Both the position numbers and the translations under genes were made by a program. 64,000 nucleotides of DNA from Candidatus Latescibacterota bacterium (GTDB lineage: Bacteria > Latescibacterota > UBA2968): NCBI GenBank assembly GCA_965208125.1, contig OZ242320.1:32001-96000 (forward strand). The letters are read 5' to 3'. Of the stretch, positions 1-9,110 are shown piece after piece. The notes below the pieces were generated by a model, which worked only from the letters and a program-made list of their open reading frames with translations, searched no databases and was not told the DNA's origin. Positions within the stretch are counted from its first letter, which is position 1. Every line of letters begins with the position of its first letter.

Positions 1-1
1 T

Positions 2-1438
2 CGCCGTGTCGCTTATGCCCGTGAATTCTTTGGGACACATCGATTTCCCTGGGACGCGCGCGGCGAAGCCTATATCCGCTATGGTGCGCCCGACCATGTA
101 AGCAATTCGGGCAATATTCAACTGGAGCGAACCAAAAAGTTGGTTGCCGTAAAAGAGCGGCTCATCCAAAAAGCAGGGCCAGCTGTGGACCGGTTGCTCA
201 GGGAGCGGGCCGACGCGGTCGCAACGGGCATGGTGGGTATGCGAGAGCAATTGCGTCGCGGTGAGCAATCTGGCTCCAGCCCACGCATTGAACAATTTGT
301 CCCCGACGCGCCTGGCGATCAACATGATCCCAACGCGCCCGTCAACCGATTGCAAGTGACCAGTGGAACCGTTTTGGGATGGCCGGTATATCCAGTGGAC
401 GGGATATGGGAATATTGGATCTATGCCGATGTTGGCAATGGGATAGAGGTCGTGTTTGAACAACGCGTAAATCAAGGGGCGTGGGATTATGCCGATGTAC
501 CGCTTGGTGTAGGGCGAATTGCGCGGATATGGCAGGACATGCATCCCGAAATCGTCTTGAAACGGGTTGCAGCTATTACGCCGATAACATACCGCCCCGA
601 TTTTGCAACCGGTGCATTGGATTTTTATCTCGCCTCATCCGCTTTTCGGGGGAAAGAGGGTCTGACCACGCTCGAAATTTATTACGGTATTCCAACCGCG
701 CAATTGCACTTTGCGCCCGGGCAAGATGGCGCGCGAATCGCACAATTAGACCGCGGCATTGTGGTTTACAATCAAGCGGGCGATCCCGTCTATCGCACGA
801 GCCAGGAAATGGTGCTGGGCGCGCCGGGTGAAGCCGATCTGTCGCCTGGCGCATATATGCCAGAAATGGACCGCTTATTTTTGACACCGGGCAATTATCG
901 CATTTCCGTGCAGGTCTTGGATCGACAATCCAGAAAGTCACAGGTTTATCAGATCAACCGCGTCGTACCCGAATACGATATAGATGACGAGTTAAAGATC
1001 AGCGATGTGGAACTTGCCGCCACCATTGATATGGCCGACAAGAGCCGGTTCCAAAAGGGTAATATCGCAGTAATTCCCATGGCCTCAAAAGCCTATTTGC
1101 CCACACAACCCGTATTTATCTATTTTGAAATTTACAACTTAAAACGCAATCCCTTCGGCCAGACCAAATACCGCGTATCTTATGTCGTGCGATCGCGCGA
1201 TCAAAAAACCATCGGCGCGCGAATTTTGGGTGGCGTGGGCAAAATGCTCGGACAAAAGAGCGAGCAGGGCGTTATTTCAATCGAATACGAGCAGGTGGGA
1301 ACAGAGATGCAAGAACCGGGATATATTGAATTGGATATGTCGCGCTCTGAACCGGGCGAAAAAATCGTAGAAATCGCGGTTGTAGATGAAACAACAGGCC
1401 AAACAGCAACCGCGACAGCGACATTTGTCACTCAATAG
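2..1438 (+). CDS. GWxTD domain-containing protein (5' end lies before the window)
   Basis: Frame is open from base 2: RRVAYAREFFGTHRFPWDARGEAYIRYGAPD...WEYWIY, the GWxTD-family signature (RGxxYIxYGxPD), followed by beta-rich C-terminal domains. Paralogue of 32362-33987. Confidence 0.85.
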   Translation, partial: RRVAYAREFFGTHRFPWDARGEAYIRYGAPDHVSNSGNIQLERTKKLVAVKERLIQKAGPAVDRLLRERADAVATGMVGMREQLRRGEQSGSSPRIEQFVPDAPGDQHDPNAPVNRLQVTSGTVLGWPVYPVDGIWEYWIYADVGNGIEVVFEQRVNQGAWDYADVPLGVGRIARIWQDMHPEIVLKRVAAITPITYRPDFATGALDFYLASSAFRGKEGLTTLEIYYGIPTAQLHFAPGQDGARIAQLDRGIVVYNQAGDPVYRTSQEMVLGAPGEADLSPGAYMPEMDRLFLTPGNYRISVQVLDRQSRKSQVYQINRVVPEYDIDDELKISDVELAATIDMADKSRFQKGNIAVIPMASKAYLPTQPVFIYFEIYNLKRNPFGQTKYRVSYVVRSRDQKTIGARILGGVGKMLGQKSEQGVISIEYEQVGTEMQEPGYIELDMSRSEPGEKIVEIAVVDETTGQTATATATFVTQ

Positions 1439-1454
1439 CACAGGAGCAAATTCA

Positions 1455-2798
1455 ATGCGTATTTTTGACGTTGAAACCATGCGCGCCCACGCGCGTGAGA
1501 TTTTTGACACAGCGGTCAAAGCTGTTGATGCCGAACAGTGCGTGCGGCACTTTGTATCGCTGGATGGCGATATTTTGCGCGTGGGCGATCAAAATTATGA
1601 TTTAAGTGTTTACCGCCGCATTCTGGTCGTGGGCACGGGCAAAGCCTCGCCGCAAATGGGCGTAGCTCTGGAAGATATATTGGGCGATCGCATCTCTGAT
1701 GGATCTATGAATACAAAATACGACCATGCATTGCCCTTAGAACATATCGACATAGTGGAATGCGGCCATCCCGTGCCCGATGAATCGGGAGTTGACGGCG
1801 TCGGCCGCATGGTGCGTCTGCTGGAAGAAGCGGATGAAAATACGCTGGTGATCTGTTTGATTTCCGGTGGTGGCTCGGCACTTGCACCCGCACCTGCTGA
1901 CGGATTGACGCTTGCAGACAAGCAAGAAACGACGAGCCTGTTGTTGGCCTGCGGTGCAAATATTGTAGAACTCAATGCCATCCGCAAACATCTGTCGCGC
2001 TTAAAAGGTGGGGGTTTAGCGCGTGCGGCGTTTCCCGCAACAGTTGTCGCACTGATGTTGTCAGATGTGATTGGCGATCCCATGGATGTCATCGCATCTG
2101 GCCCCACAGTGCCGGATACCGCGACATTTAAAACGTGTATGGATATTCTGGACAAATACGAATTGGTCGATAAAATACCCGAAAGCGTTCGGCTGCGACT
2201 AAAAGCCGGTTTAGCCGGAGATATTGAAGATACGCCCAAGCCCGGCGATGCGGCACTCTCCAAAGTTCAGAATCTCGTGGTCGGCAGCAATGGTCTGGCC
2301 GTAGCTGCGGCAAATAACAAAGCAATGGAATTGGGATATAATACGCTGGTATTATCTACGCGCATTGAGGGCGAAGCGAGAGAAGTCGCTTATGTATATG
2401 CGGGTATTGCCAAAGAAATTGTGACATCTGGACAGCCCATTGCGGCACCGGCTTGCGTGATTGCCGGCGGAGAAACAACGGTGCTGGTGCGCGGAGATGG
2501 CAAGGGCGGGCGCAATCAAGAAATTCCGCTATCGGGCGCAATTCAGTTAGCCGGATGGGATAATGTCGTACTATTTAGCGGAGGCACCGATGGCACCGAT
2601 GGACCAACCGATGCCGCGGGCGCCGTAGCCGATGGACAAACCATAGCGCGAGCAGAAGCACTGGGACTTTCCGCAATCGCGCATCTTAAAAACAATGATG
2701 CCTACCACTTTTTTAAGCCACTGGACGATCTGATCATCACCGGAGCAACCGGAACCAATGTGGCAGATGTCGCGCTGGTAATGGTCGGGAATGCATAA
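1455..2798 (+). CDS. Glycerate 2-kinase (MOFRL/TtuD family)
   Basis: GTGKAS, GHPVPD, LISGGGSAL, SDVIGD...IASGPT, GGETTV, GGRNQE, GTDGTDG and TGTNVAD motifs. RBS AGGAG precedes ATG 1455. Confidence 0.92.
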   Translation: MRIFDVETMRAHAREIFDTAVKAVDAEQCVRHFVSLDGDILRVGDQNYDLSVYRRILVVGTGKASPQMGVALEDILGDRISDGSMNTKYDHALPLEHIDIVECGHPVPDESGVDGVGRMVRLLEEADENTLVICLISGGGSALAPAPADGLTLADKQETTSLLLACGANIVELNAIRKHLSRLKGGGLARAAFPATVVALMLSDVIGDPMDVIASGPTVPDTATFKTCMDILDKYELVDKIPESVRLRLKAGLAGDIEDTPKPGDAALSKVQNLVVGSNGLAVAAANNKAMELGYNTLVLSTRIEGEAREVAYVYAGIAKEIVTSGQPIAAPACVIAGGETTVLVRGDGKGGRNQEIPLSGAIQLAGWDNVVLFSGGTDGTDGPTDAAGAVADGQTIARAEALGLSAIAHLKNNDAYHFFKPLDDLIITGATGTNVADVALVMVGNA

Positions 2799-2834
2799 TT
2801 TGACGCATATGAATGTTCACAGGAAATACATCCA

Positions 2835-3608
2835 ATGTCCAATCCCACCGAACCCATCCTCAACGAAGTCGAAGTCGATTATTTTCGGCGCCACGGGTAT
2901 ATCATACGCACCGATTTACTCACCGATGAGGAGCGCGACGAATTTATCGCCCTATTCGACCGCGACCGCGAGCAATTCAAATTTCGCTGGCATCCCTATG
3001 GCTACCACCAGCAGGCCAATTACGACACACTCGTCACCACACCCGAATTTGACCGCGTGATTCGTCACCCAAAAATCCTCGCCGCAATCGAACAACTCAT
3101 GGGTGGTCCGGTTTGCTTTGGCGAAATCGGTGCGCGTTACATGCTTCCTTACGATGGCAAACTGCATCGCAGTTGGCATCGAGACCGCCCACACTGGGAC
3201 GAGCATCCATTTCGAATGGACTATATCCAACTCATGCTCTATCTCACAGACGTCGGTGCCGACACCCACTGCTTTTCACTCTCTCCCGAATCGGTTTACG
3301 AGCCCACGCTCGAAGACAAAGAAGCGCAACTCAAACGCGGTGGCATCGCCGATATTCACGGCCCCGCAGGCACGGTCTGTCTCTTCAATGTCGCGGCGCT
3401 ACACACAGCCACCACGCGACCGACGAAATGCGACCGCAAAACCCTGCAAATATACTACGGACACCGCGACCGCAAATACCTGGCCAATGACTCCGTCATC
3501 CCTCCCATCTTCTGGCGCGACCACAAAGACCCCGAAGTGCGCGCCTTTTACGGCAACCTCAACGAAGTCTCCAATATTTACAACAAAGCATTTGGAATCC
3601 GATCATGA
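2835..3608 (+). CDS. Phytanoyl-CoA dioxygenase (PhyH) family Fe(II)/2OG enzyme
   Basis: FRRHGYII N-terminus, WHRD (HxD) motif, distal His in GPAGTVCLFNVAALH. Confidence 0.85.
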   Translation: MSNPTEPILNEVEVDYFRRHGYIIRTDLLTDEERDEFIALFDRDREQFKFRWHPYGYHQQANYDTLVTTPEFDRVIRHPKILAAIEQLMGGPVCFGEIGARYMLPYDGKLHRSWHRDRPHWDEHPFRMDYIQLMLYLTDVGADTHCFSLSPESVYEPTLEDKEAQLKRGGIADIHGPAGTVCLFNVAALHTATTRPTKCDRKTLQIYYGHRDRKYLANDSVIPPIFWRDHKDPEVRAFYGNLNEVSNIYNKAFGIRS

Positions 3609-3630
3609 TCTTCCGAATTCCCCACTAACC

Positions 3631-5625
3631 ATGGCTGCAACATCTCCCCAACAAGAATCTCAAGCTATTCCCTCGCGCATCACAGGGCGCTCCGTGCTCT
3701 TTGGCGCACTCACCGCCATTGCCCTCAATGTGTACACAGACCATGCCGGGTTGGTGATGGGATCGTCATCCCTGGTCAAATCGCAATATCCAATGGCCAT
3801 GTTGCTGCCCTTTGTACTCTGGTTATTTGCCAATATCGGTCTCAAAACCTTCTTACCCAAAGCAGCACTTTCGGGCACCGAACTGCTGGTCATCTACAGC
3901 ATGTCCTGGATTGCAGGCGTTATTCCCCTCGAAGGTTGGGCGGCTTATTGGACGAGCACAATGGCCGTGCCCACCTATTATGCGTCACCTGAAAATCGCT
4001 GGACCGAAATTATCTTTGACATCTTGCCCTGGTGGACCCTGCCAGACGTATCGCCTGCGGTTATTCGTCCCTTCTACGATGGATTGCCTCCCTATGGTTC
4101 CATCCCCTGGGCGGGCTGGTTGCAACCCCTATTCTGGTGGACCGCCATCTCATTAGCTGTTTTTGCAGCGGGATTGTGCTTGTGTATTCTCTTCCAACGC
4201 CAGTGGGAAAACCACGAGCGACTCGCCTTTCCGCTCGCGCAATTTGCCGTAGAACTCACATCTGGTTTTGATCAACCCGGACGCGTCCCCGACATATTTC
4301 GCAACAAAATTTTCTGGGCGGGTTTTTTCACTGTTTTTGGCGTCTTCGCGTGGAATATCTTCGGTTATTTCGCCACGGGCTTGCCGCGCATCACCATTTA
4401 TGCCGGGTACCTGAGCAAACAAATCGACCTCGCCCGCGACTTTCCGCCCATTTACCTCCGCATCTTGCCCCCGGTAGTCGGTCTCACCTACTTTTGCAAT
4501 CTCGACATCCTCTTCAGTTTTTGGGTTTTGCGCCTCGTCGCCATAGTCAAACTCGGCATTATGGACCGCACGGGTTTCACCCTGGGTCTGGCCAACCAGC
4601 AGGCAAAATCATCCGAAATCATCAATCTCGAAAGCCACGGCGCCCTTGTTTTATTGGCACTCTGGTCTGTTTGGGCCGCTCGGGGGCATTTGTCTCGCGT
4701 CTGGCAAGCTGTCGTAGAAGGCCGACAGTCTGTTCATAACGACGGTGTTATATCCTACCGCATGGCATTTATCGGCTTTGTTCTGGCAACCACCTTCATC
4801 ATCGGCTGGATGAGTGCAATGGGCATGTCCATACCCATTGCACTCTTGCAAACCGCGCTACTCTATACGGCATATTTCACCGTCGCCAAATTCACGGCCG
4901 CCAGTGGTTTTCCCCATCTCCTACCCGTGTACGGCAAAGGCGGTGGCATGGTCTATACCTTTACTGGCACTGCCAACTTGACCCCCTCGGATTTTGTGGG
5001 TACTGAATTTGTCAACTCCAGCGCCTTCTTTGGCAACACTCGCATTCCCGCATGGCCCGCGCTACCCCACCACCTGAAATTGCACGGCGCAACGCCAAAC
5101 GCCCGCATTGCCCGTATCGCCGCGCTCGCCTTCACCGCGGGCTTGCTCGCATCCTTCATCTTTATTATTTATTTGGCCTATGCCCACGGAGGGCAAAATC
5201 TGCACACAGCCCCATTTTCCGGCCGATCAAACTCGGCCTCGGTCCGCCTCTACAGCAACATGACCAACCACATACTCAACGAACAAAAAACCGTTTTTGA
5301 TCCATATAAAATGGCCGTATGGTTCATCGGTATCTTTGAAGCGCTCGTGCTCATTGGCTTGCGAAGCCGCCTGCCCTGGTGGCCCTTGCACCCGATTGGC
5401 CTCGCCTTTCAAAATACCTCTGGTCCGAGAATCTACAGCTTCTCCATTTTTCTCACCTGGGCGGCCAAATCACTTTTCCTGCGTATCGGCGGCATTGCCC
5501 TGTACCGCCGCGCAGCACCTTATTTTATTGGCCTGCCAGTGGGCTATGTCACCGGCGTCATCGTTTCGTCTATTGTCGATCTCATCTGGTTCCCAACAGG
5601 TGGGCACTGGACACATGGATGGTAA
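3631..5625 (+). CDS. Polytopic membrane protein, DUF6785/DUF6784-type (putative transporter)
   Basis: Many hydrophobic helices; RQWENHERLAFPL and PWWPLHPIG motifs. Start moved to ATG 3631 because the longer ORF overlaps the upstream gene. Confidence 0.75.
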   Translation: MAATSPQQESQAIPSRITGRSVLFGALTAIALNVYTDHAGLVMGSSSLVKSQYPMAMLLPFVLWLFANIGLKTFLPKAALSGTELLVIYSMSWIAGVIPLEGWAAYWTSTMAVPTYYASPENRWTEIIFDILPWWTLPDVSPAVIRPFYDGLPPYGSIPWAGWLQPLFWWTAISLAVFAAGLCLCILFQRQWENHERLAFPLAQFAVELTSGFDQPGRVPDIFRNKIFWAGFFTVFGVFAWNIFGYFATGLPRITIYAGYLSKQIDLARDFPPIYLRILPPVVGLTYFCNLDILFSFWVLRLVAIVKLGIMDRTGFTLGLANQQAKSSEIINLESHGALVLLALWSVWAARGHLSRVWQAVVEGRQSVHNDGVISYRMAFIGFVLATTFIIGWMSAMGMSIPIALLQTALLYTAYFTVAKFTAASGFPHLLPVYGKGGGMVYTFTGTANLTPSDFVGTEFVNSSAFFGNTRIPAWPALPHHLKLHGATPNARIARIAALAFTAGLLASFIFIIYLAYAHGGQNLHTAPFSGRSNSASVRLYSNMTNHILNEQKTVFDPYKMAVWFIGIFEALVLIGLRSRLPWWPLHPIGLAFQNTSGPRIYSFSIFLTWAAKSLFLRIGGIALYRRAAPYFIGLPVGYVTGVIVSSIVDLIWFPTGGHWTHGW

Positions 5626-5681
5626 TTGGGAATAAAAATTAAGGGTTAGGTAGATTGACCGCTGATTAAGAAAGGTTCCTC

Positions 5682-6401
5682 ATGTCCAAACAAAAACACA
5701 TTCTCATCACAGGTGGTGCGGGCTTTGTCGCTGGCATGTTGCGTCAGCACTGGGGCGCGACCTATCGCCTTCGGCTTGCAGATGTGAACCAGATAGAAAA
5801 TCTTGCAGATCACGAAGAATTTGTCCGGATGGATATAACCAATCTCGACGAATTTCAAGCTGCTTGCCGGGACATTCATACCGTTATCCATCTCGCAGCC
5901 GACCGCAGTCCGCGTGCCGACTTTTACGAAACCTTGCTCGACCTCAACATTATCGGCGCATACAACGCCTTTCACTCTGCACATCTGTGTGGTTGCAAAC
6001 GCATTGTTTTTGCCAGTTCGGTCAATGCTGTTTTGGGCTACCCGGGCGATTCCTCCATCGAATGGGATGTGCCCGTATTTCCCACCAATGTCTATGGTGC
6101 CACCAAATGCTGGGGCGAAGCCCTTGCGCGGGTATATTCCGAAACCCATGGACTATCCTGCATCTGTGTGCGCCTGGGCGGGCCGAGATGGAATACCGAT
6201 GAAATTTACGATTCAGACAAAACCAGCATGCTCATCAGCCCCAGAGATACCGCGCAACTTTTTCAAAAATGCGTGGAAGCAGATACCGACTTTGCCATTG
6301 TACATGGCGTATCTGATCACAAAAAATCCTATCTCGGAATTGATAGGACCAGGGAAGTATTGGGCTACGCCCCACAAGACGGCACAGCAAAAAGGCCGTA
6401 A
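5682..6401 (+). CDS. NAD-dependent epimerase/dehydratase, uronate dehydrogenase-like SDR
   Basis: ITGGAGFVA Rossmann motif, FASSVNAV, YGATK (YxxxK). Confidence 0.85.
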   Translation: MSKQKHILITGGAGFVAGMLRQHWGATYRLRLADVNQIENLADHEEFVRMDITNLDEFQAACRDIHTVIHLAADRSPRADFYETLLDLNIIGAYNAFHSAHLCGCKRIVFASSVNAVLGYPGDSSIEWDVPVFPTNVYGATKCWGEALARVYSETHGLSCICVRLGGPRWNTDEIYDSDKTSMLISPRDTAQLFQKCVEADTDFAIVHGVSDHKKSYLGIDRTREVLGYAPQDGTAKRP

Positions 6402-6410
6402 ACAGAAAGG

Positions 6411-6869
6411 ATGCCCATGGGAAAGGGAAAATTCTCATCGACAAAAACATATCACGATCTGCCCTGTGCACATCGTCAGGGATACCACGATGGTCACTGT
6501 CGCTTTATTCACGGATACAACCGCGAGATCACGTTTTATTTTACCTGCAACGAACTCGACGAAAACCACTTTGTCGTCGATTTTAGCAAGCTCAAAAAGC
6601 TCAAAGCCTGGTTGGAACACATGTTTGACCACACCATGCTCATCAACGAAAATGATCCCGAACGCGAATTTTTTGAAGAAATGCACCGCCGGGGGCTGAT
6701 CGATCTGCGAATTATGCCTAACTCTGGCATGGAAGCGTCATCAAAATATGTCTTTGATTATGCCGACAAACTCGTGCGCGACATGACCCAAAACCGATGC
6801 TGGGTCTATAAAGTTGAAACCCGCGAAAACATGAAAAACTCAGGCATATACGAACTTGTAGATGGCTGA
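6411..6869 (+). CDS. queD: 6-carboxytetrahydropterin synthase / PTPS (QueD-like)
   Basis: CAHRQ...HCRFIHGY, VVDFSKLK, FDHTMLIN and KVETRE motifs of the T-fold PTPS family. Confidence 0.8.
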   Translation: MPMGKGKFSSTKTYHDLPCAHRQGYHDGHCRFIHGYNREITFYFTCNELDENHFVVDFSKLKKLKAWLEHMFDHTMLINENDPEREFFEEMHRRGLIDLRIMPNSGMEASSKYVFDYADKLVRDMTQNRCWVYKVETRENMKNSGIYELVDG

Positions 6870-6920
6870 ACCGCGCACCTTTTTCTATCTACTGCACAAA
6901 ATACTGCACATATTTTTTCT

Positions 6921-6970
6921 AATAACACAATAAATTATTTATAAACAATAGTTTATTGTGTTATTTTTTT
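6921..6970 (+). repeat. 19-bp AT-rich inverted repeat with T tail (terminator and/or protein-binding site)
   Basis: AATAACACAATAAATTATT (6921-6939) pairs with AATAGTTTATTGTGTTATT (6947-6965), 18/19 complementary, followed by a T run. Confidence 0.75.
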
Positions 6971-6971
6971 C

Positions 6972-7000
6972 TTGACTTATGAACAAATGTTCACTATATT
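6972..7000 (+). promoter_or_regulatory. sigma70 promoter with LexA-type operator in the spacer
   Basis: TTGACT (6972-6977), 17 bp, TATATT (6995-7000). Palindrome TGAAC-AAAT-GTTCA at 6980-6993. Confidence 0.8.
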
Positions 7001-7088
7001 TTTCTTCGTCATAACTGAGGTCATTTCACAGAAACAGACAGATCTTTCGCACAGAGTATAGGACCTCAGAACGCCATAAGGAGGAAAC

Positions 7089-8096
7089 ATGATTCCCGAA
7101 ATGAACCAACACCGCACCCCCACCCAGCAACCCCTTCGCAAAGCACCAGGGCAAGGTGCAGATCGAGTCTATACCTCACCCCCTGTAGGTGATGAACCCT
7201 CTCTGGCCTATTACTACAAGGAGATTGAACGACATCCACTGCTCACGCCAGACGAAGAAAAAGCCCTGACAGAGCAAATTGCCCTGGGCAACCTGCCAGG
7301 TGCGAGTGCGAGTGCTCGGCAGGCAGGAGAGCAGGCCCGAGAAAAGCTCATCACCAGCAACCTGCGCTTTGTTATTCACATTGCCAAAAATTTTAAGAAT
7401 CAAGGGCTTCCCCTGGCCGACCTCATCAATGAAGGCAACATGGGTTTAATGACTGCCGCCCGCAAATTCAAACCCGAAAAAGGTTACAAATTCATCACTT
7501 ACGCAGTCTGGTGGATACGGCAGAACATCCTCAAAGCCCTCGAAGTTCAAACCCGATCCATCCGGATTCCCGGCAATGTTGTCAACGACCTCAACAAACT
7601 GCGGAAAGTCGAAGCTGAAATGACTCAACACCTCGACCGGCATCCCGATGCCGATGAACTCGCCCGAGAAACCGATCTACCTTTAAAAAAAGTCACACAC
7701 ACCCTCGAATCGGCCTATAACACCATATCGCTGGATACCCCAATGTACGATGAAGTCACAAACTCAGCGCCACGGGCTGTCACCCTGCAAGAAACTCTAT
7801 CGGATCCCCAAATATTGTCTCCAGAAGACGCCTATATCCAAAACACTATGCACAATGATATACACAACGCGCTCGGTGCCTTGCCAGATCGCGATCGGCA
7901 AATTCTACATCTCTATTACGGTTTCAGCGACCCGACAGAACGCGCCGAAGTCAGTAGTTCAAAACCCGCAACCTATCAACAAATAGGTAACAAACTGGGG
8001 GTAAGTAGAGAGCGAGTGCGCCAACTCAAAGAAGAGGCACTCAATCGGCTGCGGCATCCTACCCACAGTAAGCGACTTGCCACCTATTGTAGTTAA
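7089..8096 (+). CDS. RNA polymerase sigma factor, RpoD/SigA family (lacks region 1.1; group 2-like)
   Basis: Region 1.2 YYKEIERHPLLTPDEE; region 2 NLRFVIHIAK...DLINEGNMGL...KFITYAVWWIRQ; region 4 IGNKLGVSRERVRQ. RBS AAGGAGG. Confidence 0.95.
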   Translation: MIPEMNQHRTPTQQPLRKAPGQGADRVYTSPPVGDEPSLAYYYKEIERHPLLTPDEEKALTEQIALGNLPGASASARQAGEQAREKLITSNLRFVIHIAKNFKNQGLPLADLINEGNMGLMTAARKFKPEKGYKFITYAVWWIRQNILKALEVQTRSIRIPGNVVNDLNKLRKVEAEMTQHLDRHPDADELARETDLPLKKVTHTLESAYNTISLDTPMYDEVTNSAPRAVTLQETLSDPQILSPEDAYIQNTMHNDIHNALGALPDRDRQILHLYYGFSDPTERAEVSSSKPATYQQIGNKLGVSRERVRQLKEEALNRLRHPTHSKRLATYCS

Positions 8097-8143
8097 AGTG
8101 AGGAATATTACCCTGCGTGCTCCTAAAACACAGCCAAAAAATC

Positions 8144-8176
8144 AGAGCGTCGGCGCGATTTGCCGACGCTCTTTTG
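8144..8176 (+). terminator. Intrinsic terminator
   Basis: AGAGCGTCGGC / GCCGACGCTCT stem followed by a T run. Confidence 0.85.
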
Positions 8177-8279
8177 TATTTATACTTGCGTCTAAAGCCA
8201 AAACCTTGCTATTTACAATATTCAAACGATATTTTCGATAAATTGTACACCGCTTATTAGCTCACAATGTGAATTAACT

Positions 8280-9092
8280 ATGAAAATCCTCATCATCTCC
8301 ACACTCGGTGCACTCATCCTACTCGGCGCAGGTGTGTACATTGTTTTTCAACTTTCAGAGCGCGACCAAATTGAAGGCAAATCCTTCTTTCGCCTTGAAA
8401 GTCGCTGGCTTTACGGCTTTTTGAGCTATGCATCTGTCATTGTCATCACTTTCCTGGTCCTGATTTTGCAAACCTCGCTCACGCGCCAGGAGCAAACCCT
8501 TGAAAATACCCAGGCGCGATTCCAGCAAGAACTCACGGCTTTTCGCGAGCGACTCGGCGACCAAACCGACCGTCTCATGTCCCAAATTAATGAAAAAGCT
8601 ATCCTCACCGGATCTGAAGTCGAGGTACGCGGCAAGCTATCCAATGAAATCGCCCATCATCAACGCACCCGCACAGAACTTGCCGCTACACGCGAACAAT
8701 TGCGCCTCACACAAAGTGACTTAAATCGGGAAATTCTCGCACACCACGCCTATCTGGACAGCCTCAACACCGAAAAATCGCTTCACGCATCAACCCAAAA
8801 TCGACTCAAGCGTGAGGAAACACAACACGCCAAAAGCCGCGAGACACTGCGAACTACTCGACAGCAACTCGACCGCGCCAACGAGAGACTCAATGTACAA
8901 AATCGCCAGATTAAAGCACTGAGAAGCGACCTCAAAAACGCGCAGGACAACGCCAACAATGCGCGCCAGATGACCAGTCGCCTCTTACAGCAATCCGGTG
9001 ACCATCAGCGGGCACTCATAACCCTTCAGGCCACCGTCGATTCTCTCTTTCTAAAAGAATTTAAACGCCCCCGAGTTCCTTCAGACAAATAG
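8280..9092 (+). CDS. Membrane-anchored coiled-coil protein of unknown function
   Basis: Two N-terminal hydrophobic segments, then about 200 aa of Q/E/R/L heptad-like helical sequence; 18 bp upstream of the RND adaptor gene. Confidence 0.7.
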   Translation: MKILIISTLGALILLGAGVYIVFQLSERDQIEGKSFFRLESRWLYGFLSYASVIVITFLVLILQTSLTRQEQTLENTQARFQQELTAFRERLGDQTDRLMSQINEKAILTGSEVEVRGKLSNEIAHHQRTRTELAATREQLRLTQSDLNREILAHHAYLDSLNTEKSLHASTQNRLKREETQHAKSRETLRTTRQQLDRANERLNVQNRQIKALRSDLKNAQDNANNARQMTSRLLQQSGDHQRALITLQATVDSLFLKEFKRPRVPSDK

Positions 9093-9110
9093 AATAGGAG
9101 AAAACGCACC

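Noticed and set aside
2805-2820. Third LexA-like site (CATAT-GAAT-GTTCA)
   Set aside because: Only one half-site matches, and the downstream gene is not repair-related.
3103-3630. Long N-terminal extensions in the ORF track (also at 1386, 24281, 35665, 53950, 56057)
   Set aside because: They overlap neighbouring genes; downstream starts with a better RBS and family-typical N-termini exist.
7007-7088. preQ1 riboswitch linked to queD
   Set aside because: It lies downstream of queD behind a separate promoter and lacks preQ1 consensus elements.
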